This document shows, piece after piece, positions 50,149-62,655 of a DNA stretch of 64,000 bases (position 1 is the first letter of the stretch; every line of letters starts with the position of its first letter). The notes under the pieces are model-generated. The model was not told the origin of the DNA. It worked only from the letters and a program-made list of their open reading frames with translations, and did no database searches. Source of the DNA: Somniosus microcephalus (Eukaryota); assembly GCA_052327205.1 (NCBI GenBank), contig CM126204.1:124062001-124126000 (forward strand), written 5' to 3'. Both the position numbers and the translations under genes were made by a program.

Positions 50149-51962
50149 TGAAGTAGCCAATAATGTAATTCTAAATGTCTGATTTGTGGTAGCGACACTT
50201 AAACCTTCTCAGCCAGGAGAATGCAAGAAATGGCCAAAGATTGAATCTATAATCGCCACAAGGAAGCGCAGGGCCAGCTTTAAATCGTCTGCTACGATTT
50301 TGCAGTGAGATTTTATGCTTGCGGTATCTAAAAGATGGTTCAAATGTGCAGAAAAGTAAAGTTTTGCTATCGCTCTTGGCTCTAACCTGCCAAGTCCTGA
50401 GCGGCCCCTAGTGGAACCGCCTCGGGGTCAACCGACTCAGTGCCGTCGCATCAGGCGCTTGTCGGGGTTTCAGGGTTTGGGGCGAGTATTTTCCTGTAAT
50501 GTCTCGGGCATCAAGCGTTTTGTTTTTCAATATTGCAAATTGGGGGAAATATGAAAGATCGCAAACAGTTGTAACTATGTATTTCAAGTTACATTCAAAC
50601 ACCAAACGACACTATGCTTAACGTCTCAAACCGGCATAACATTCCGCGTTCTGGAAGTGGATCTTTCCGATTGAGACGGTTGCTTGTGAAGCATTTTCAG
50701 ACCATATTTGGTTAGAGACAGGTTAAGATTTTGCGTGCCAGCGATTGGCTACGGCATGTTTGCAAAACAAACCGACATGCAGGTGTATTTCATAGTTTAT
50801 ACTTAAAAGAAATCTCCGCACCTATGTTGAGAATATTTTGAAAACTTTGGCTGCATAAATTATCTTCCAATATATTCGCCAAAATCAATTTAAAAGATGA
50901 CCCTATCCAACACGAAGCCCCACATTTCTGCAATCTTAGCTGCAGATATCTCGGTCACTTCTAAGCCAACATCAACAAACCAATGTAATTGTTGCTACTA
51001 ATACTTGCGCCAGTCAGTGGTTTTGGGAGACCCCGCAAAGTAGGATTTTGAAATGTGGAATCGAACTCCGACTCAGGAAAAAGTAACTGATGCAAAATGA
51101 TTTAAAATGAATCGAGGTGAGCAACACAAATGGTTTGACTAGAACTCAACCAGTATTGACACTGGTCCTCTGACCATTACAGCAGTGGCGTGAGGAATCC
51201 CACACCTTAACGCTGAAGGTTATAAATCGGCTTTAGTCGAAATTATCCCATTTAGTGCATTAGAATGTGTTTACAGGAAGTACTGGCATTTTGTATGATG
51301 GGACGGGCTGTAGTGACCAATGAGGTTGAAAATGGGACTGAGTTTGTATAAACTTTTTAATTAATCTGGCACCAAGATGTAACTTTTATTGGGGGAAATG
51401 TGATGCTGGAAGCCAAGATCTGTAAGCAACGCGTCTCGCGTGTTTATGCGATTATGGACAGATTATAAAGGGATGGCGAAATTTGTGAATGGCGATTGGA
51501 CTGCACTCTCCTTACAATCTTTTAAGGAGATTAAAAACCCATGTGTTCGGGTTTTTAACCTTCACTATGATTCGAATTGACAATCCCAGAAAACCAGCTA
51601 AAGCAACAAAGACTTGGTGGAAAATTAAGGCCGATAAAGCTTTTTCTGTACGAGTAGTGGGGAGAAACATGAGCGAGTTTGAATAGTTTAAATGTTGCCT
51701 TTTCCAGCCCTCTCGCCTAATGCAAGTACATTTTTATCGGAGTTTTGCACTTTATTTAGGAGAGGGTTAAATAAAATTGGACAAAAGGCTTTCATCCAGT
51801 GAACCCGCAACGGGATAAAACTTGGAGCAGATTAAAGGGGAATTTGACAAGTTTATGCAAGAAAACTTCGCGCCGACTCCTAACTGGGAAAAGTCGTGCG
51901 GGCGCCATTCCCTGATGTAGCAATAATGCAGTTTTGTCCCAATTCCCTCCTGGTCTGACTAG

Positions 51963-52685
51963 GTGTGGTTTAAAAATCGTCGCGCCAAATGCCGCCAGCA
52001 GCAGCAGAACGGAGGCAGCGCCAAAGCCCGGCCGGCCAAGAAGAAATCGTCGCCGACCCGGGAGAGCAGTGGCTCGGAGAGTAGCGGTCAGTTCACCCCG
52101 CCCGCCGTCTCCAGCTCTTCCAGTTCATCCAGCAGCGGCCCCAGCACCAACGCCAACAGCGGCCCGGCCTCCTCCGTCCTCAGCACCCCCGCGTCCATCT
52201 GGAGCCCGGCGTCTATCTCCCCGGGGGCCGCAGTCGGGGAGCCTCTGGCCGCCAGCGCTTCTTGCATGCAGCGCTGCTCATCTTCATCCTCTTCCAGCGC
52301 CTATCCCATGGCATACGGTCAAAGCAGCGGCTATACCCAGGGCTACCCGCCCTCCTCCTCCTACTTCGGCGGCGTGGATTGCAGCTCGTACCTGGCACCC
52401 ATGCATTCACATCACCCACACCACCCCCACCACCAGCTGTCTGCCCACGGCGCCGCCCTCAGCCCCATGAGCACTTCGTCCATGTCTGGGCATCACATCA
52501 GTCAGAGCGCCGCTCACCACCATCACCACCACCATCACCAGGGCTACACGGGGCCAGGACTGACATTCAACTCGCCCGACTGCTTGGATTACAAAGACCA
52601 GACCTCCTGGAAACTCAACTTCAACACAACGGACTGTTTGGATTACAAGGACCAGACCCCGTCCTGGAAGTTTCAAGTCTTATGA
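51963..52685 (+). CDS. OTX1: OTX1 last coding exon ([15 protein letters not shown]..His runs..two DCLDYKDQ tails..WKFQVL*)
   Basis: CTAG acceptor, K50 recognition helix, His-rich segments typical of Otx1, synteny with EHBP1; spliced CDS 972 bp = 323 aa. Confidence 0.98.
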   Translation: MWFKNRRAKCRQQQQNGGSAKARPAKKKSSPTRESSGSESSGQFTPPAVSSSSSSSSSGPSTNANSGPASSVLSTPASIWSPASISPGAAVGEPLAASASCMQRCSSSSSSSAYPMAYGQSSGYTQGYPPSSSYFGGVDCSSYLAPMHSHHPHHPHHQLSAHGAALSPMSTSSMSGHHISQSAAHHHHHHHHQGYTGPGLTFNSPDCLDYKDQTSWKLNFNTTDCLDYKDQTPSWKFQVL

Positions 52686-53230
52686 AATTGTGGTCGACTT
52701 TAATGCACCAGATTTGAGTGTTTTCACCGTGTCTACAAAACAGTTTTAAGAACTTGTTGCTTCTGCTGGGCAGGTGTCTGAAACTTCAAGTTGTACTGTT
52801 TTACTAAGACTGGTTTTATTTCCATTCCCTCCACTTTTCACAGACAATCTTTTTAGGTGTGACAATCAGCATGGTGTCTGTTTTGAATTGGGTAATGATG
52901 AGTGCCCGTGTATGTGTTTGGACTTAGTCAAGTAGACAAAACCAATCCCATTGTCATGCCACAGGACACAAACATGCAGCTTTACTGTACAACAAACCTG
53001 CTCAACTTTCCAATAAAGTGTATTCAACTAAATGTCCGCCAGATTGCTGTACTTTAAAATCTATGGTGATTTCGTTTGATTAACGCTGATCTGGTCCGCG
53101 GCCGCAGAAAGCAGCTGCCACTTTTGTAAAATATATATTGGTCAGTTGCATTGACCTTTTTTTATTGTAGCTAATTGAATTCGTCCAAATTAATTAGGAG
53201 ACGAAATAAAACGAATTCTACCCGGATTAA
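52686..53230 (+). other. OTX1: OTX1 3' UTR (end uncertain)
   Basis: AATAAA at 53012, 53205 and 54125. Confidence 0.5.
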
Positions 53231-56200
53231 TATTCCTTTTGCCAAGTGTGTATAAGAGTGCGGTAAAGCCACATAAAAGGTGAATGTTGTTGTCATGCCT
53301 CTGAAGGTATTCGATCTAATTCACGTTAGTACACGAAGCATATTGTGTAGGTAGTGTTGTAGTGGAAATACCATATTTCAGATAGGGGATAGCACTTGCA
53401 CATTTGTGTAAATTATGGTCGCGCTGATTTTTGTCGCTAAATGAAATTATTTTGCGGATTAGATCTTTTCCTATCAAATAGTGTTGAAAATATTTAAGGC
53501 ACCGCCGTTATATACATATATAACGTTATATATAATTAAATGCAATTAAGGAGAACCCCGTGTCTGCGTGCTTGCTGTTTTTCCTTTTCGAATTAAATTT
53601 TATGGGATAATCCAAATGACGTATGGAATTTACATCGAAATATTTTAATTGCTTAAGTTTTGGGAAACGCGAACGAAACGCCCTGTTGCTGACTGGAGGA
53701 AACTCTCAATTCGCGCGCTCTCCATTCATTCCCATTCTCTCCCCATTCTGTCTCATTCGCGCTCTCTCCCTTTCTCTCATTCATTGTCTCTCTCCGTTCT
53801 TTCTCTCAAGCTGCCTTTCGTGATTTTAACTTAAAAGTTGCTCAGTTATATTTCGTACTTTTACTTAAAAATATATGCCACACTTTTTTTTTAAAACCAC
53901 ACCTGGAGCCGGTAGGTCGCTTTAAGTAACGCAGCAGAATTATAATCCGTCCATTCATCGAGGTGAACCACCGCGGCGAGTGTTTATATATCGACTGTAA
54001 AATATAAAATGATATAGTTTTTACGTTGAAACCTGCCGTACCAGGTTTGTATGTAACCGGAATGATCCAGTGATTAATTTAGGACACATTTGCTCAGTGT
54101 TTTATCGGGTCTCTCTCTCCATAGAATAAAAATGACCTCCTTAAAATGATCTGTTAACTGCAAATTAATTCAATACTTTGCATCTTAAAAGAAGCCGAGA
54201 TTTGAAGTTTTTTAACATGTTTAAATGTACTCACTCCTCCCCCCCCCCCCCCCCTTTACTGAGATTGTAGCCTAAGCAAAGTGCAAGTCTTCTAACTAAC
54301 ACTCGGGCTCTAGAGCTTAAAGGTAAACCTGTCCAGAGTCGGAGTTTGAGAACTCGAGCTCTTTAATTTAAGCTAATGGTCTATTAACAAAGTGGACGTT
54401 ACCGGTTAAAATGGAAGGCAGCCTATGTTTACACACAGCTGATGGATGTGTAGAACACAACTTGGCTAAGTTTACCTGCGCTCTTAACATTTTATCTATT
54501 AACTTCCTCAACACGGATTGTTGAGTCGTACAGGGGATGGTTACTTGCATCGTGTGGCTCGGTTCACCGGTGATGCTAAAAGTGCAACGGGAGGAATATT
54601 ATACCAGACTTGGTAAGTGATTTTTAAATTTGCTAATCGTATCTTCCAATTTAATTTGGGTTTGTTGTAAGGCTTCTGTTCTGATGTAACATACTAAAAT
54701 ATACAAATCAAAAATGCTCAGATGAAGTGTTGCTGCTTTTCTAAAGAGATGGTTTTTCTGATTTATGTTGGCTGTGGAGTGCTGGCTTAAAAAATGTACA
54801 CGTGCTGTTGTACAAATAGTTTATCAGTAAATTGTTCAGAAACTGCTTTCCTGATGCCCTTCAGTCTTTTTTTATTAAACTGTGTTTTGCAAAAATTGTT
54901 TTTTGGGGCAGTGTAGAGTAGATCTGTCCATTTATGTAATGGATAAATTGCAGGAAATATCCATTGGGAAATCTATCTTTAAATAAAAGTTTCACCAGTT
55001 AAAACACCTGAGCTAACTTTTTTCACTGTTACAAAACAGTGTGTTTGGTATGGTGTCCTGTGGCAGGTTTCCCCATTTCCTCCCCTTTCTCTTGTTAAAT
55101 GTCCCTGGTATTTGCAGGTCTATTCATTTCAGAGAATTCTGGGATGTATATAAAGTATTAAATTATAAATACAGATGATGGAATTGAGCAAACCAACTAC
55201 AACCAATGATCTAAATTAGCATTTTTTGACTAGCCTGGTGTTCAGGAATACATACAGTACAGAATTGCATGTAAAACATCTGGTGTGGTACCAATTTGCT
55301 TCTGATGTGTGGCCCATGTAATTTTGAAAATGTATAAATCCTCTTAACTGATTGCTACAGTACAGCCCTCCTTTATAGTAATTGGATCAATAATTTGAGG
55401 ACCAAATCTTCTAGATTATTTGAAATACTATAGTCTACTTGTTTTTGACACAGTAGCATTGACTAAAGTGTAACTTTAATGCTTCATTTGATATTGCCAG
55501 CAACTGTGATTTATAATAGATTTCAAGAGTAAAGGTTTTCAAGTCTTGTCTTGTCTTTTTTTTTTTTCTTTCCCTCCCCTCTAGCGTTTCAGTACATCAC
55601 CCAGTCAGTATCTGTAGTAGGACAAAGAAACTTCTTCATCTGCCATTGCATTATCTGAAGCAAGGTAACCACAAAATACCAAGAGTGGCTCATCTTGAAT
55701 GAGTGAACTTTGAGTAGGGCAATTGTTTGAACTTTAGAAATGATTTGTTTTTCATAAATGCCTGCAAACCTGAATATATCATGTTGAACTGTTGTAAATA
55801 ATTAAACCATTTTCAGTATTCCTAAAACTTCAATTTTTGTGCTGGAAATTTTGCTGTGGTACTGATTTTGAAAGACATTTAAAACTTTTCCCAAATGAGC
55901 TGATTTCTCTGCTTAAATTTTGTACATATGTTCTTTTGCTTTTTTCATAACCAATTTGAATACAGGGAGGGGAGCAGTTTAATTCATCCATGTGTCAAAT
56001 TGGGATGTCTATACTCGAGTACCAGCAACTGTTTACAGTTTTGATGTACTCAACATTTCAAACCTGATCACTTCCAATTTGCATTGTTTTCATTTAAAAC
56101 TTTCATAAGTCTAATTTAAAATGGGTTCATTTATCATTATGTTCAGCTCTATCTCCATTACATTCCTGCATGTGCCATTCCATGTGTATATTGGGGATTG

Positions 56201-56964
56201 GCTTTTTTTTAACCAGGTTTAAAAGATACATTTTGTCTAATGTTGGGTCACAATGTGTAGTTATAACCTTTTAAAGCTTGAATTAAGTTTATTTTTGGAA
56301 CAGATGCCAGTTTTGTCTAATGAACAAGTTCTATAATCTGACTTAAGCAAATCTTGGATCAAAATATTTGTAACAACTCAAAATTCCTGAGCTGCAGTAG
56401 TAAAACCTGAAATGGTTGCAATATTTATATGCATGGAAACTCATTTTCAACAGGATGTTTCACCAAAATCATTTTGATTTCATATAGAATGAGAAACTTA
56501 CTGTAATGGAATGAAATGATGCCTCCAGGGTGATTCATTCCCAGTTACTGATCTACCTGTAGGCAAGGCATTCATCTGAAATGTAGTTCACTATTCAAGA
56601 CAGCTGAATATACAAACCTATACAAGGTCAATTGTCTAATGCATGGGACCATGGATGGAGCCAAACATTTGCCTGCATTGTTTCCAATATTATATGACTA
56701 CTTTGTATCTGATCACATGAACTGTCTTGTTTTGAAGCACTTTTTATAGGTGTGGTTACCTTTTTTAAATTAGTGGTTGGAGCAAAATTTGATTTTGACT
56801 GCCCCAAAATATTTTCTTATACTCCTGTGCAGCGCCTTGGGACATTTCACTACATTAAAGGTGCTATATAAAATGTTATGCAAATTAGATATGTGCTGTC
56901 AATAGCAAACTATTCTAATTTGAGGTACAGTACAGGAGTCTAGGAGGTTGTAACCCACACTGAA

Positions 56965-57172
56965 CTCTTGCCAGAAGTGCATATATGTAATCATCAAAAG
57001 ATGGTCAAGCTTGGTGGGGTTTTTTCAACTTCCTCTGACACCCACCCTGGCCAGGATTTATTGGCCTCCTGCTGAATAATAGTCACTTGGTTGTAATATA
57101 GGAAAGTGACCAGTGCCTGTGAAATTGTACTCCAGCCATTGAGTGACCAATTTCAGGAGGGATGAGGGAAAA
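56965..57172 (+). mobile_element. 3' half of AmnSINE2-like SINE (degraded)
   Basis: GTCACTTGG..CCAGTGCC..TTGTAC and a purine-rich end shared with 59763-59845. Confidence 0.45.
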
Positions 57173-57433
57173 GTTCACTATTTTCTTCCTCTTCCACACC
57201 CCCCCCCCCCCAATAGTTTATAATTATTAGCAGTGACAATATTTACTAAAATTAAAATATCCCTCTTCCTTTTTTGAGTTTTTTTTGACTTACCTAAACA
57301 TGAATACACATTAAATCAAATGTAAATTCAACCCTCTTTTTAAAATACTTTTAACTGTTGTATAACCATATAATTTCTGTTTTGACCCTCGCTTCAAGCT
57401 ATCTTTAAGAGGGATGATGGGATAATCCAGTGT

Positions 57434-57620
57434 ACAGCGATCAGACATGGCCATATCAGTTCTTGGTTGACCTGCATAATGGATGCCTGAGTAATGGGAA
57501 AAGGCATCTATCCCTCAATTAAATAAAAACTGAATGTTGGGGATAGATGCCTTTTCCCATTACTCAGGCATCCATTATGCAGGTCGGCCAAGAACTGATA
57601 TGGCCATGTCTGATCGCTGT
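57434..57620. repeat. Near-perfect inverted repeat (81-bp arms, 25-nt spacer)
   Basis: 57434-57514 is the reverse complement of 57540-57620 at 79/81 positions. Confidence 0.97.
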
Positions 57621-59451
57621 CCAAGTTTCAAACCTTACGAAAAATCCAATTTTTTTCTATATGGTATCTGGAGGGGGAGGGGAGATGAGAAGAGTGCTGA
57701 AGGACTTGAAAGTGAATTGTATGTCTCCTTGAATATGTTCATTCAAGGTGGTTGTGGTGCAAATATGTGCTGTGCTCTGGGACTGTATTCTTCACTCTTG
57801 TTCCTCTACAGAGAATTTCATGTTACAGCCAGCCCATGAAACACTTGCCCAGAGGAAGGGAGGGGAAAAACCCAGCCATCGCTGCTCTTGTACCGCACCT
57901 ACTTAAGGGTAGCACAGCAAAAAAAAAAAACCTAGGAACTGTGCTTTTTATTATTTTGGTTCCATCAGCAGCAACACCCAATACTATATACCATTCCTGA
58001 GCTGAATGGACAGCAGTGGACCTGCTCCCAGGTCTATTGCTAGTGGTGGCAGAATGGAGTGTTAAATTGACCTGGACTAATTCAGTTTACCCATCCTCCA
58101 CTTACCTGGTTAGATGAAAAACTAGCCCTGTGGGGAATTGCTGCCATGGACTCAGTCTTACTACTTATTGTACAACATAATGCAATAATATGCTTCATCA
58201 GTAGGTTCCCCAATTTAAAATACAAATGTTCTGTTTTCAGTTTGGGGGAAAAAGGTCCACAGCATATTAATGTAAACACCTCTCGGTGGCCTTTCTTTGC
58301 ATGCTTGCAATAGGTGTTGTTACTATAAACAAACACCAGGTAAGTTGATCTCCTAGAAGAGCATTCCTTTGTGTTTAGTAGAACACTCTTAAATTGTCAA
58401 TGCATGAGTTCTTGCTGTTCCATGAACCTTAATTGGATGCTAGCCACAAAGTGGAAAACAAATGAAATAGTCACTAGCCAAAGATACATATTCATCAGTT
58501 GGAACTTGAATATTGCATTTAGCAGGCAATCTATAAATTTTGAAGCAATATTTTACATAGTACTGAAATATGCCATGTAAAGAATTTAATTTTTTTTCAA
58601 AATGTAAATACTAGACTGGCAGAGAATCAAAGCCTAAATACCTTATTCAGAGGCAGAAATCTGACGCATCTGACAAAATAATTGCCTTCATTTGTTTGGA
58701 CTAATTGTTTTTCTCCCTGCCTGCTCTATGCTCCAACAGAACTCTTGTCATTTTCTATATAAGTTTATACACTTTTATTAATCTGTAATACCCTGCAGGG
58801 CACCAAAAGGAGTGAGGCATTATACTGCAATAAGTGGTTGCTAATGGTTTTTAATTGATTTTAACTGATTTATGTCAATGAAAAAACTTGACATCCATTT
58901 GTAGTAGAATGAAATGTCAAGTGTTCAAAAATAATTGCCCTTGAATATTGTTTTACATTTAAATTGCTTGGTAATTTTTCCCCTTCCTTTCTCCACCCCC
59001 CCCCCCCCCCCCCAACTAAAGTAATACCAATAGACCTTTTAATGTTTTGTTCTTGTACCGCAAGTTATTTCTGCAGTGGTTATGTACTGTAGTTATAGTT
59101 TGAAGCTGTAATTAAGATATTTTCATGTGCTGCCTGTTTGCATTTAATGATCCAGAACCTATTCCTTTTTTTCTTATGCCTCAATCTCTTGTCCCTCTTC
59201 TAGTCACTAATTGCCATTGTTCTCCTGACTTGTCTCCCTCTCCCACCACAGCTTTTTTCTTTCCCTTTGAGTTTTTGATTATCCACATTCTGTTGTCCTG
59301 TTTTTGTAGCTTTTTTCCCTCTTCCAGATGGAATTCTCCAGTATGAACATTGTCCAACTCTTTTACCTCCTCCCCACCTCCAAATACGTGCAACAGATTG
59401 TTTCATGGATCCCTAAGCACCATAGGCTACCTGCATTGTGCAGCAATTCAC

Positions 59452-59845
59452 ATTGGCGCAGTGGGTAATGACCTGTTTGTAACTGAACCATAAAAATCAA
59501 CGGTTTCAAGATTTGATTCCTGGTCCATGCTGAGTTAGCTGATGATGGTTGGGTTTTCAGTAGGAGTACTGCAGTTGTCCTAGTCTCCTGGTTGGGTCAC
59601 ACATCACTATTCAGTGAACTGACCACCCTCTCTTTTTTTACCCCCCCCCCCCCCCTCCTGTGGGAAAGGCATGTATGGGTGTCGAGTGTGAACAGGTTTT
59701 GCTGTGATAACTCTGGTCACATCACCTGTCCATACTTGCTATTAAGGCTCATGTAAGGAAAGGTCACTTGGATAATGCACAGGAGTAGAACCAGTGCCAG
59801 AGATTTGTACCTCTGCATGAGAGGAAGTGGGAGAGTTGAGAAAAA
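59452..59845 (+). mobile_element. tRNA-derived SINE, AmnSINE2-like
   Basis: A-box-like TGGCGCAGTGGG, B-box-like GATTTGATTCC, then TGGTCCATGCTGAGTTAGCTGAT, which I recall from AmnSINE2-type consensus sequences; related copies elsewhere in the window. Confidence 0.55.
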
Positions 59846-60823
59846 CAGTTGCACAGCAGACATACAATAACTTGTGGTAAATGGGTTAGGGTGTAGCCAG
59901 CAGTTTGGTTTATTTTCTTGTGTGCATTCTGTATATAGATGGGGTGTGTGTGTATCTAATGTAAAACCTCCATTTAAAAATCTGGTATGTGCATACTTCC
60001 TGTTCACAACCATTGCTTCATGTAACATTTAGATTTCAACATGAATGAGAACATTATCAAAGTGTCAACATTGCACTGTCATGCTTTCTTGATGAAATAA
60101 ATGAATCACTAAAATTCTGAATAAAAATTGTCATGTTTTCTTCAATAACTGACATTTCTAATGTCCAAAATAAGGTTTTAAAGTAGAAATCACAAATATG
60201 CATTTCACAATAATGGCTACATTTATTCAGTGATCCTTTTTTCTTTTACATAATATCTTTGACTTTTTTTACTTCAAGGTCTTAACCCTGACTCAGAAGC
60301 CTGGGTTTTAAACTAATTTTTTTTACCTCAAGTTAGACCCTGGTTCCAACCACATCTGAGGATTGTGTGCAGGTTGCAACCTACATGTTGGTTTTCCTGT
60401 GTGGATTTAAGAGTCTCTGCTTTGACCAAATTACATTCTCTCAAAATAGACATTGAACTCTAAGTTTTATTTTAAGCAAGTGAAGTTATTTGAGCTCCTC
60501 AGACAGGTGATTGACATCTGTTGTGGTTTCTTTGACACTTTCAAAAGAAAAGTCAAAGATTGAGTTTTTTCAAGTTACTTGCCTCTTGAGTTCAGTTTAT
60601 ATATTAAAAAAAAAAAAAAAAAATAACTACCATTAATGTTGGGGGTATCGTGTGTGCATATAAAAAGCATGACTGTAAATGAACTTTTCAGCATTTTGAG
60701 GTAACTTTTTTGTTTATGGAAATTTGTTAAACTATATGTTGGTAAACACACATGGTGCACTAAAGGGTAAATTTTCCATTCCCTACACTGTTTGCCAAGA
60801 CTGCACATTGAGAAACTACTCCG

Positions 60824-60825
<2 letters not shown>

Positions 60826-60856
<31 letters not shown>
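60826..60856. repeat. (TC)n microsatellite
   Basis: About 15 TC units. Confidence 0.95.
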
Positions 60857-60860
<4 letters not shown>

Positions 60861-61984
60861 GATACATCACCACCACCACCTTGCAGTTAACATGGATAAA
60901 CTTTCCAAGGTGTTTCAGAAATGCAAGGAAAATTAATATTGAGCTAGAGAGATTAGGCAGCTTTATAATGGGCATCTGAGCCCTTTTGAGAGGCTGGCAG
61001 GATAGGACTTTTGGCTGCTAGTCACCACATTTGCATAATTGTGGACCATGGGCACAAATCCAGAGTAAAATGGGAGCAATAGGCCAGGGGAGTGGAACTT
61101 GTTGCTGCAGTATTTTTAATTATCTGCAGCAACTTAAGGTGGCAGCAGCTTCCTGGAACACCAACTGGGAAGTGTTATTTCCAGATTTCTCAGTATATTG
61201 AGCTGTACTGAATTTTTACCAGTGTCTTTTGAGGTATATCAGATGAGTTTTCAGGAATTGAGATGTCAAACATCCTAATGTGCTCATGGAACAGCAGCCT
61301 CCACCCATTCCCTGGCACCGAGAAGGACTAAGCACAGAGCATTACAATTTTATGAAGTGGACCTCGAGGTGCTCATAGATGAAATGAGGTCCCTAACCCT
61401 TGCAAATCAATCAGCTCCTCCTCCTGGCTTCTCAAGCAGAAGCTTGCTTTTATAATAAAAAAATAAAAAAAAGTTGAGACTTGCATTTTTGGGCCTCTTC
61501 TGCTCCTGACTCCCCTTCCTGCTTGGCTGGTCTGGTGCAAAAGCCACAACTTTCCTCACACAGCCTGCACTTAAAATACGGTTGCACCCTGATGTCAGTG
61601 GAGCCTAATCTGCAAAAAGACGCTGCTAGATTTTGGCGAGTTAAAGCTCCGGTTATGATCATAGTCTGCAAGGTCAGTGGGAGACAGCAGGAGAGGCCCA
61701 CGCTGGCCCAATCATTCAATTTCTGCTGAGTACCACCCTTCTCACTCCCAGGGCAGCAGACCAGTGTTATAAAAGGCAAGGGAGCCACTTCCTCTTCTCA
61801 CTTTGACACCATGGGGCCTCCTCTGAGACCTGCACTTCTCAAATGGAATGACATGTCATCATGAACTGTGCAGTATGGTTCAACAGTTCCACTCTCCCAC
61901 CTGTGTTTGGAATTGCCCTCACAAGCCTTGCATACAGCTCTTTACAATACTCGTCATAAGAGTTAGCATTTATCCTCCATGTTA

Positions 61985-62440
61985 TATCAACAACTTGCAT
62001 TTATATAGCCCCTTTAACAGAATAAAATGTCCCAAGACAATTCACCGAAGTGCATCAGATTAAAAATCAATGCATATTGATGGAGCTTTAGGGAGGGTGA
62101 CCAAAGATTGATCAGCGGTGAGGCAAAAGGATTTAGGGAGTGAATGCCAGAGTAATGGGTCGGCTGGCATTGGGGGTGATGGATGCACAAGGGGCCAGAG
62201 TTGTAGGAACGCCATGTTCTCTGGGGGTGATGGGGCTGGAAAAGGTTGGAGTAGTGAGGTTATGAAGGGATTTAAACCTGAGGATGAGAATTTTAAATTT
62301 GAGGCATTGGCGGACCAAGTGCCAATGAAGATGGGTGAGCGGCACTTGGTGTGGGATAGGATTCAGGCAGCAGAGTTTTGGATGAGGTAGAGGATGGGAG
62401 ACTGGCCAGGAGAACATTGTAACAATTGAGATTGGTGATG
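61985..62440 (-). mobile_element. L2 LINE 3' fragment
   Basis: Minus-strand LHWHLVRQCLKFKILIL.FKSLH motif; reverse-complement tail CAACAACTTGCATTTATATAGC. Confidence 0.82.
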
Positions 62441-62447
62441 AAATCAG

Positions 62448-62655
62448 CTGTTGGAAGTACACAACAGGTCAGGCAGCATCTGTAAAGAGGAGACCGGTTA
62501 TGATGTTTTGGATGTATACTCGTCAATCTTCTGTACTGACAACGCATAATTAGAATTTCAAAATCTGTCTTTTCTCTAGATGCTGCCTAACCCACTGTGT
62601 AGTTCCAACATTGCTTTTATTTCAGATTTCCAGCATATGCAAATTTTCCTTTTAT
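62448..62655. mobile_element. Older palindromic Penelope-like terminal-repeat remnant
   Basis: TGTTGGAAGTACACAACAGGTCAGGCAGCATCT ... AGATGCTGCCTAACCCACTGTGTAGTTCCAACA followed by TTTTATTTCAGATTTCCAGCA, the same architecture as 9465-11550. Confidence 0.65.

Noticed and set aside
51934-52717. Overlapping ORFs (178, 151, 89 and 68 aa) over the OTX1 last exon
   Set aside because: Expected from GC-rich, stop-poor codon usage; no recognisable motifs.
58886-61133. Short hairpins at 58886-58922 and 61101-61133
   Set aside because: Stems of about 9-10 perfect bp; too short to interpret without further support.
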